Origin: a virus
Strand: one strand, 5' to 3'
DNA length: 64,000 bases
Virus record (IMG/VR): IMGVR_UViG_3300042880_000420
Coordinates: 1-64,000 of that record
The position numbers and the translations under genes were made by a program. The notes beneath the pieces are model-generated. The model ran no database searches and was not told where the DNA came from. It saw nothing but the letters and a program-made list of their open reading frames with translations. Positions within the stretch are counted from its first letter, which is position 1; every line of letters begins with the position of its first letter. This document shows, piece after piece, positions 40,601-47,200 of the stretch.

Positions 40601-43600
40601 TTTTTATCTTGTAATTTAATTTTAGTTTTAAAATTAAGTGCGGGATCAAATTTTAAAAACTGAATTGTTTTAATTTGAGAATTAAGATAATTAAGTTTCA
40701 TATCCAGAACCATCAGTCTTGCCATATCACGACCCTTGGCAGCTGTTTGTCTAAACCTATTTACATAATCGTTATTATTATATCCATTAATAAATAAGGG
40801 ATATGTATAATTATTTCTATCATCTTTTTTAATTATACCTAAAGAAATTAATTCATCTATTTGTTTTTCAACATCAGTTCTTAATTCATTTAAAACAGCT
40901 TCTCCAACCAGTTCTGAATATTTATTTGCCAACTGTTGCAAATCAAAATTTCCACTGTAAAGATCATTTCTAAACTCTTGAAGATTTTCATTTCTGTTTA
41001 AATTTGGGAGAAAATAAAAAAGCTTTGAAGCAATGTCATAATTTTCAACATTAATCTTAGATTTATTATTCATTGAAGAAATTATTCTAGAAACTTCTGG
41101 AGCAACAAGTTCATTATATATTTTTCTTTTTAATTTTGAAGTGTAAACAATTTTATCATCAACAATATTATAATCAGATTTATAACCAACTGGATTTGTT
41201 TCACTGTCTACAAAAAATTCTTTTGTCATTCTCGTTTCCATTCCTGTTGTTTTATCAGATAATGTAAACGCGATGTATGTACCAACATTTAAATTTTGTT
41301 GGTGTTGTAAAAACATTGTAACAATTTGATCTTTGGGGGTAAGACTTTTTCTTATCTTACCTTTTTGACTACCTTTTTGTTCTCTTATGCCATTAAAATA
41401 ATCTAATTCAAATGTAGATTGATTTCTAACCACTTTGTTCCAAAAATCAGATGCTGTTTTGGCTAAAGCAGAATTTGTAACAACAAGATTGCCATTACTA
41501 AATTCTCTTTTAATTTGTTCTAAATAACTGGGAAGAATATAAGAATATTTACTCTTACCATCTGCCGTTTTTGTAGATGTAATTTTATATTTTGCAGGAT
41601 TTGCTTCATAATATATTTTGGCAATTTTTTTCATAGATGTACTCTCATCCTGAAAACCATATTGACCAATAAAAGGAGTCTCAATATTTTTTGTAAAAGA
41701 CTCAAGAATATTCTCTAAAAGATTTTTCTTTTGAAATAAAACATTGAAACCTGCTTTCTTTAATGTTTTAGGAAGTTTTTTATAAATAAATTTTATTTCA
41801 TTATCTGTAAAGTTTATACCAAGAACATTAAAAAATTCTTGAAACTTTTTTTGTTGATCTACATCTGATTTATTTAAACCTTCCTCAATAATATTTTTTA
41901 ATTCATCTAATTTTTCTTGTTTTGGAAAAAGATTATTTAAAGCATCTTTTCTGTAAAAATCTGATTGTTTATGTTGTTCTAACCATTCTTTAGAAATTTG
42001 TAAATCAACACTATCTCTATTTGTAGAAATGATTTTAGAATCTTTTACTCCAAACACTTCAGATCCAACTTTAACAAGTTTATATAACAGCAATGTTTCA
42101 ACTGCATAAGATTTACTTGCAACAGTTAAAATATCATTTATTTTTGCAAAATCGTTTGTCTCAACATATTTATTAATTTTATCAATTAAATTATTAAGAT
42201 ATTTTCTTTGCTCCGCTCTAATTGCAAGACCACTTAAAAATTGCGTCAGTTTAGTATTATCAGCAGTAAAGTTTGTTAAATCTATTTCTGATCCAACCTC
42301 TAAAATATCAGCAAATACATCATTTGGATTTGCATAGATGGGAATGCCGAACTCTGTTTTTCCGGTGTATATTGTTTGTATTAATGCTTTAACTCTAATA
42401 CTTGCTGTATCTCTAGGATTAGTTTCAAAAACATTTTTATCATATCTTTCACCTATTTCTTTTTGAGATATTTCTGCACTATCTTCACTTTGATCTTCTT
42501 CATTATTTGTATTATCTGTTACAATAACATTTTCTATTTTATTTTTTACAATTCTAAGTCCATTGCGAGCCAAATCAAGTTTTACAAAATCAACATATCT
42601 ATCAAATTTTTCAACAATATTTGTATATATAGTTAACGCTTTTTTTAAATCTTCATAAGAATTTATATATTTAAGTAAATCAAATTTATTAACCATTTCA
42701 GAATATACATCTAAGCTCTTTATAGCTTGATAGTCTTCTTCAGAAGTAATAAAATCATTTAATATACCTGCTAATTTATTTTGTATTCCAACAAATGTTT
42801 TTTTAGATTCATTAAACGCCTGTTCTGGAGACATTTTTAATTTTTTTCCAGGACCAAGATCTCCTAAATTAAAAAGAACCATTGTTTTAATAAAACCTGA
42901 ATATTTAATTTCATCAGAAGATCTGAGCAATTCAGGATTAATACCTTTAGATAAATCTTCTAAAGACTTAGTTTTTATAGAATATAATACATCTTTCTTT
43001 TCTGTAGTATTAGTTTTACCACCAACAAAATTCTTAAATCCTTCTATATCTGCTTTAGATGAAAGTATGTGTATTTGTTCTGGTTCAAAAACAGCTATTT
43101 CTGTTATATAATCTTTTTTATGAGCTTTTAAATAGTCATCAGATTCCATATCAGTGTAAAAAGCATCATAATTATTACTTTTTAATTCTTTAAACTTTTC
43201 ATTATCTATTAAGGATATATCATCAATAGATCTAGTATATTTTGGGTTTTTTACATTTAATAAACTTGGTAAAACCGCTTTGTTAGTTTTATCTGTATAT
43301 GTATAAACTCCATTTGAGTAACTTTCTGCTGTTTCTTTATTCTGAGTAAAATAAACACCATTTAATTCTATATTACTCATCTCTTCATCAATAAACTTAA
43401 ACTTAAAATCTGTATTTTTTAATATGTTTTTTCCATTAGGACTACCATGATAAACAATATCTTTTACTTTACTATCAGGAAATATGGTATCAAGATATTG
43501 AGAGTATAGTTGTATAGCTTGTTGTTTCTGTTGGGGGGTTATTTCTTTTTTTGCTACAGGTTTCTTAATATTGATTAATAAGTCTATATACTCAGAAAAA

Positions 43601-44193
43601 GCGGTATTAGTTATAGCGCTAAGTACATCTTTTCCTTTAAATCTATTTCCTTGTTTATACTCCTCAATATCTTTTCTTATACCTCTGGTTTTTATATCTC
43701 CTAGCCATGAATAAAAATCTCGACTACTTAAGAATTTTGAATCATCCTTATACTTATCACTACTAGCAAGTTTAGATTTAATGAGTGTGTACAGTTCTTG
43801 GTCAGTTGATTCATCTAAAATCTCAACTATTTTATTTAATCTATCTATATCATAACCATTAAGTTTATTTTCTCTATATGGTATATATTCATAATAATTA
43901 TCTCCAAAAGGAGGTAAATCATCGGGTAATCCTAATTCATCAATTTGATTTTTTTGTTTAAACCCTAAAGCTTCATATACTTGATTAGCTAACTCAGGAT
44001 TCTCATTGAACAGTTCTTCTACTCCTGGTTTAACTTGTTCTTTGTTTTCTGTTTCAAATACAGGTTCAACAATATCATAATTATCAGCCGATGGTATATA
44101 TCCATACGAATAGAATTCTCTATAGGCATTAGTTTCGCCTATTTTATCTACTAATAATTTCCATTCAGCACTTTTAATGTTAGGACAAATCAT
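31630..44193 (-). CDS. Giant virion RNA polymerase (double-psi barrel type) fused to accessory domains
   Basis: 4187 aa; RIPNQ and catalytic GSDFDVDK (39037-39051), VDNAK; RecD-like and zincin motifs in the C-terminal part. Confidence 0.9.
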   Translation of the reverse strand: MICPNIKSAEWKLLVDKIGETNAYREFYSYGYIPSADNYDIVEPVFETENKEQVKPGVEELFNENPELANQVYEALGFKQKNQIDELGLPDDLPPFGDNYYEYIPYRENKLNGYDIDRLNKIVEILDESTDQELYTLIKSKLASSDKYKDDSKFLSSRDFYSWLGDIKTRGIRKDIEEYKQGNRFKGKDVLSAITNTAFSEYIDLLINIKKPVAKKEITPQQKQQAIQLYSQYLDTIFPDSKVKDIVYHGSPNGKNILKNTDFKFKFIDEEMSNIELNGVYFTQNKETAESYSNGVYTYTDKTNKAVLPSLLNVKNPKYTRSIDDISLIDNEKFKELKSNNYDAFYTDMESDDYLKAHKKDYITEIAVFEPEQIHILSSKADIEGFKNFVGGKTNTTEKKDVLYSIKTKSLEDLSKGINPELLRSSDEIKYSGFIKTMVLFNLGDLGPGKKLKMSPEQAFNESKKTFVGIQNKLAGILNDFITSEEDYQAIKSLDVYSEMVNKFDLLKYINSYEDLKKALTIYTNIVEKFDRYVDFVKLDLARNGLRIVKNKIENVIVTDNTNNEEDQSEDSAEISQKEIGERYDKNVFETNPRDTASIRVKALIQTIYTGKTEFGIPIYANPNDVFADILEVGSEIDLTNFTADNTKLTQFLSGLAIRAEQRKYLNNLIDKINKYVETNDFAKINDILTVASKSYAVETLLLYKLVKVGSEVFGVKDSKIISTNRDSVDLQISKEWLEQHKQSDFYRKDALNNLFPKQEKLDELKNIIEEGLNKSDVDQQKKFQEFFNVLGINFTDNEIKFIYKKLPKTLKKAGFNVLFQKKNLLENILESFTKNIETPFIGQYGFQDESTSMKKIAKIYYEANPAKYKITSTKTADGKSKYSYILPSYLEQIKREFSNGNLVVTNSALAKTASDFWNKVVRNQSTFELDYFNGIREQKGSQKGKIRKSLTPKDQIVTMFLQHQQNLNVGTYIAFTLSDKTTGMETRMTKEFFVDSETNPVGYKSDYNIVDDKIVYTSKLKRKIYNELVAPEVSRIISSMNNKSKINVENYDIASKLFYFLPNLNRNENLQEFRNDLYSGNFDLQQLANKYSELVGEAVLNELRTDVEKQIDELISLGIIKKDDRNNYTYPLFINGYNNNDYVNRFRQTAAKGRDMARLMVLDMKLNYLNSQIKTIQFLKFDPALNFKTKIKLQDKNISDLSSEEKVSIANSTWDEFSKRAAALIAPGTQGNWFWNRSNGKAYNDAGQDYITITSEDVKTTVKNINGDVLNKSEITDAQEFVTLQEHIDYLMSEGKIDLDSWESIYNKIKPGEYYELSEEEIKIVMSPVKPVYVYYSKIGDDASGLNRIDYVKSSRYPLIPQHEAGSERDKLRAWMEKNSVRSVNFASAKKLGRPSKSLKLFDENNNFIEPSKEDFEASKQLLSRSGIRNQQEVPEQKDEIATVTQMNRTLFDGLLNVKTFTFGNMSNVSGETGKKLKEAVRSKLFDIHANRLREELGNLNKTHENIYRLLKNVILNDTTGSYSEADLQAIELDPTTKKFKIPLEAQWALPKFQSLINSLINKNVMLKVEGTSFIQVSGVGAKYNFSKISKGVKSGIIWIDKYSDEFAKEDAKLKYIRQENGKTKAAQVIVSQYLRDEDGNLIDLSKYITEDKYGRKILNTSSFSEKMFQLIGTRIPNQSHPSTLPIEVVGFLPSYMENSIVVPDGITGQMGSDFDVDKLYAYISKFNYVDNKFNDVTYNLESIKDVANFTEDQLNQLYRDIHWEVLMNSATFSKITKSIDMPEVGDKVEMRKKQLEKYKLVEDITVNLPLDFMTSINRYIDNRSGKVGVGVFANLISAQADFQDKVMSLADAEDTPNPLQIKLSKDGEIIDLLYIGKLGESTSFIDKKRSISDNLNIMFTESVDNAKNQYLREFNWTEKAMSAVGFFAMLSDAKGQAAPIEFMMDLASQPAIVKLFELTEQKQDSFGAYDFNALINSSSEIQNTIIQTIDKEKYLPSGKTAESYFDVNNKERNSVIDAETLAETWIIGKAIAQKAGVEIFEQLAKDFKYDSVKDMMLTYYNTQYNAIDTFIRLENLGRELMIILGVVYPYTKGIGPNVFATKQKLYQLNKLSFTTNFSGINNIAGEIAKNDFTGDMEIDPVGEIGSAIANSLIFAQNDVYKQLFPISSGRHLESIVDVVLNFMGVDKSKLSKNSYETYYNTVFNSITSYIYTSPSFELFDNVILEREKLINGKTSIGFRTIELKQNPKYAKNGFLKNIDVEKDYSSETYTISFKAPFGQDIDVREVMSGFYELALDDSDEIKQLAKDFALYPYVTGDAGFIGRYIPIGYYNSDPEFNNAMKNFEKIYSDHISNDKSKLILIDQMVQNYPDTFSKSFNFTTRHTERGISDSTFKKVFKNIIKKESLKDVSNFTLKLADFPENDVKLKGIRQSLQVPLSDADSTYIRDKKLINIGFKYPAYILLSDEVVSDIPGVYNQFTSYLYKRTSDIATEDGSATYERVEILGYKNISEFDFNNPDLVSSIPMNNVNRNETTESEIEKPIAPAPITTQEGILNPADYTNHSGGAALSDTEWDQIGREFGVIEHKHYREPLEYIDTKGQAAKGSKTLDSKKLQTAGIKPTYIEQKDYNEGAQKATQAFRMMFTDAGNKSVRSAYIIRNWMQVKNADAIYALGTIKQPGENASDKAGETRIAAVPIVKGGTGYAVQMAINEGKPVYVFDGTKEGWYTYDYKVKNFVPTETPKLTKNFAGIGSRTLATEEVINKSLQAIRDVYENTFKSAQPTATTEVKPGVEISSNATGLAAALTNPTELAKSKGNLTQSYPVEFQGKTYKDAEAAYQALKSTATKDEGPNSTYNLMVNIITAKLQQHPRLVDEITNQGGSEWILNSTHQPTKQNSVWETGGNNWFIKSLNEAYENVTSVETTEPVKTYQGKIESLQPNQIFVFGSNPQGRHGAGAAQQAKNKFGAVQFVGRGLKNQSYALVTKNLTAGFVEKQTGIKYEKAGEKSLTPEQIQSNIKELYDFAKQNPDKEFLVAYRVDGKKNLNGYTDQDMADMFSAFPIPDNIVFEEEFSKLLSIKTTKPTQETEEEVIEEQPEVKSSVVEYGGKNYIIEGTMEDGYNVYFQAQGEKGQPVSDANLLSKVILTHEVNLHPDWVVTLTNIQNQPKYFVDLEGSIRSLQKTSFGDVIQSEDITKRVMSLYNDKSEIEVPVILTEETRPTPVIEETLAKPEKRINVPKGSNPNNNVIMETDDTIYLMNDGQQEAFNFIKNKVEELLANKKQIKAENLDETVIFTSPLTKQFNGLIPVDMWNNMIGLAGRGGVGKTTVIKAIMAAIEGKSKYTQPSIMYLAPTHTASTVLQESLGLDSEYANDGTVNTIAAHTRRNRMVDGILSLASEKEYINSTQFKPSMGRPDIIIVDESSMIGKKDISDMILRLKQDLNNGLISRLPVFIFMGDYRQLGPIGEQQSSDVNKGVISSTLLLDKNKTKELTQVMRSDNEQLHKMYDSIGNQIIKNINNLQSGAAVQKLSFENYDKLTNQSTENMLVVTNENGVIDDYTDYLINNNNPYGMFWVHYNNVEHANTKNIATKIRNEYFRKLEIDSSTPAHRLYTNQDYIIFDGKVEISTSDYEYTPSDNKIEKILSQQKYRVQDGKYKITKGAIKPGARFKVLDVFSNFENIENYVSPALMRYFNKGTKVEVEHTIVYNRQNRVRHIHKILGFEISGERNPKTGEFTYGKYNPITKQQEGIEIKNNKTGEIIAKFNLKYGDYIKLKSELDELNERFTPPYVPSYIGSSHTAQGNSIKNVIVGDYNIKRNLAANVNQDDIFSSMYVALTRTSGRLIIIKPAGSNIVNNQEVFLGAITDTNNSAPLNKSSELKSDIVEIEEEQEIEIVDFDDIFLKGLVANQIEEATTNIFGVDKKANTKTALNNLYKDAEPFYKEILSLVSKTGGVGNLQIIIDETLANPGTYNKFEKIIKVNPKLAFESDPENINALQDVIMHELMHHLTVNIIEMDKSKLTPEQRKWVMALENLFKTTQERILKDPKHAENLRNAINEVNKEDGVLSVKDKSFYYGLTNINEFASMLMTDKEFRSFMNNTPYSEEKSLLERFIDIFAKLLEALGITVKDEMVLKEGIKNIIGIVSSRSVEETSTTEELKSISTTKSFLENLIDLDSNKLVNYLDIKRKCK

Positions 44194-44206
44194 ATTTAAT
44201 TAATTA

Positions 44207-47200
44207 TTATGTATATTTAGATATGTTACAATCGTCTTTTTGTTCTTCTATTGTTTCATTAGAAACACCATTTTTAGAAAGAAATGCTAACATCTTAGCA
44301 GCCTTATCTAAATCAACAGGTGTATTCAATTGTTCTTTTGTTACTTCTGGTTTTTTTTCAATTATTTCTTCTACAGGATCAGATACAGGATTACCATAAG
44401 TATATTTTATTACTGGATTTGCAAAATAAACCCAGTCATCATTGTTGTTATTTGATTCGATTCCCTTTTCTAAATTGGTTTTCGCCCCATTCATAATATA
44501 CTGATTATATGTGATATTATTGGAAATAAGCTTACCATTTTCTACACCTAGTATATTTATTTTTTTTGTAGAATTAATACCTTTTAAACTATCATTTTTA
44601 GTGTCAGTATATCTAATAGATGTAAGTAAACCATCCATGTGTTCTAATATATTAGAAGGTGCATCTTTATCACTTCGTATTACAACATTAACATACTGAT
44701 CATTTAATTTACTTTGAAGTTTAATATTTCCATCATCAAAAATGTCTATTCTTGCAACATTTTCAGATAAGTCAGACCCACTTCCAGTTTTAGATAGAGC
44801 TTTACTATCTAAATTTGTTATATAATGGTTAATATATTTTTTAAGAATAACCATATCAGGTTTTTGACCAGGAATATATTCTGAACCAACTGCCTTATAA
44901 ACTTTATCAACTAAATCATTATTTTCTTCATTACCTCTAAATACACTCACTGCTTTTAAAATAAACTCCGATTGTTGTCTTGCAACATTAGGAAGTTTAA
45001 TAAATGTTGGAAAATAAACACCCGTTGGTGTAGGAACCATCAATAATGTGTATCCTTCATATTGCGAAAAATCATAATTAATTTCTGCTAATTTATTAGG
45101 GCTAATTTGCTGACCTTTATCAACTTCAATAAAACCATTACGTACTATTCCAAATACACCATGTCTGTTTTCCACTCCACCTTCTGAAACTTTAGGATTA
45201 ATTCTATCTTTTAATAATCCTGCTGAATTTACTGTAACAATTATTCCCATTGATTTATCTTCTATATTACCAGATAAAACAAAGGTAGGATTTTTAGCAT
45301 GATTATCCAACATAAGTTTTCTAAAAGCACGGTTAATCTTTAGCTGATTAACAAGAGTTGGAGGATTATCCATATCTCTTTCATTCTCAGGAATTACAAT
45401 ATTAACATATGTTTTTCCAATCTTTTTAGAAATCCAGTCTGGAGTGTGAACATTCCCTATTAATGTTTCTTTACCGTTTATTAAAGTGTATATTCCAATA
45501 TTTGCTTGATCATAATTTACATCAGGTTCAATCACTTTAAAATAAACTGATTTGCCCGGTAGAAATTCTGGAGTTGCAATATAAAATACATATGAATTAT
45601 TTACATCGCTTCTCTCATATCTTAATACGTTAGGAGAAACTTCCACCACATTATAATTATGTGTTCTTTGAGCTAAAGATAAAGCGGGTGCAACTTGTTT
45701 AAATCCTTCTTGAAATTTAACGTCAGAATTTTTACTTATATCATCAAGTGTTTTCTTTGTTCCAGTAAATACTTGATTAATATCTTCAACAACAAACTCT
45801 TCTTCTGTAGTTGTAATTTCTTTACCACCTTCTAAAGCAGCTAGTTCTGCATCATAATTGTCTAGTAAGTTTTTAGAAGCGATATTATACAAAGTAGTAA
45901 ACTCAGGAAAACTTATTGTTTTTCTATTAATAACAATACCTGTTCCATTAGAACTAGGGGTTTCCCATTGTCCAATATAAAAAGTTTCTGATTCAGAAAT
46001 AAGACGTGTATTTGCAACTACATCGTTTAAAGTTTTTACTCTACTTTCTAAAGATGGAATATCTGCTTTGTTAGCTCTAGGATTAGATTTGATTTCTTCT
46101 AATCTTTTTTCAGTATCAGCTAAGTCTTTTTCAGCTTGTCTAAGCTTTTCACTTGCCTTATTTTTTACATCAGCTCTAGCATCTGTAGAAACAGGAGCTG
46201 GTTTTTCTTTTTGAACAACCCTTGTGACTGTTATTTGTTCATTAGTTTCTGCATCATAAAATTTACCGTCTTCTTTTTTAAGAAATGAATATATTTCACC
46301 GTCAATGTCATCATTAAATTTATAATAAATAATATTATTTTCGGCTGTTATTATTGTAATAGGCCTGCCATTTATTTTTAAATCACCTTCTTTTTTAGTT
46401 TCCTCTTTCTTTTTTTCTTTCTTAATTTCTTCTTTTTTGGTTTCTTCTTGTATTACAATTTCTTCTTCTCCTTTATAAATAAGCTTATCTGATTCTTCTT
46501 TTATTTCTCTTGCTTTATCTAAATCATCAACAATAAAAACCACATTACCCGTCGGAGTGAAAACACCATACATACCATTTGCTTCTACAATAAAATGCTC
46601 ATCAGATTTAACAAGACCGGCTTTAATCTGTTCTTGTGCTGAATCATAAAGCATTTGATAATATGCAAGTTGAGAACCAACAATCATTCTTTCATACACC
46701 TGATTAAAATATTCAGGATTAGAAAGCATATTTACAGCATCAACGTGTTGTTGAAATTTGTTATTTAATTTTATATAATCATTAAAGTCAACAAAAAGAT
46801 CTTCAACTTCATTTATATTAATTACAGATTCTTTTCCAAATTCTTTATTTTTTAATTCAAGATAGGATTTAAATGCTTCATAAGATTTAGAAACTTTAAT
46901 TTCATCTATAAGTTCATCTTTGTTATTTAACCAATCGGTAATTGCTTGTTTTTGTTTTTCTTTTAATTCAATTTCATTTCTTAAATCTTTTTTACTTTCA
47001 TCAGAAATACCTTCAGATTTAAGTTGTTCTTTTTTAGTAGATATTTCAATTTCTAATGTCTTTATTTCTTTTTCTATATTAGCATCAGAACCTAAAATAT
47101 TATATGCAGATGCTAGAGAAGACCCAAGAGTTTTATGAGAACTTGCTTTACTAAAAAGTTCTCTTGATCTATCAATTGCATTTGTTGCTTTAAATTCATT

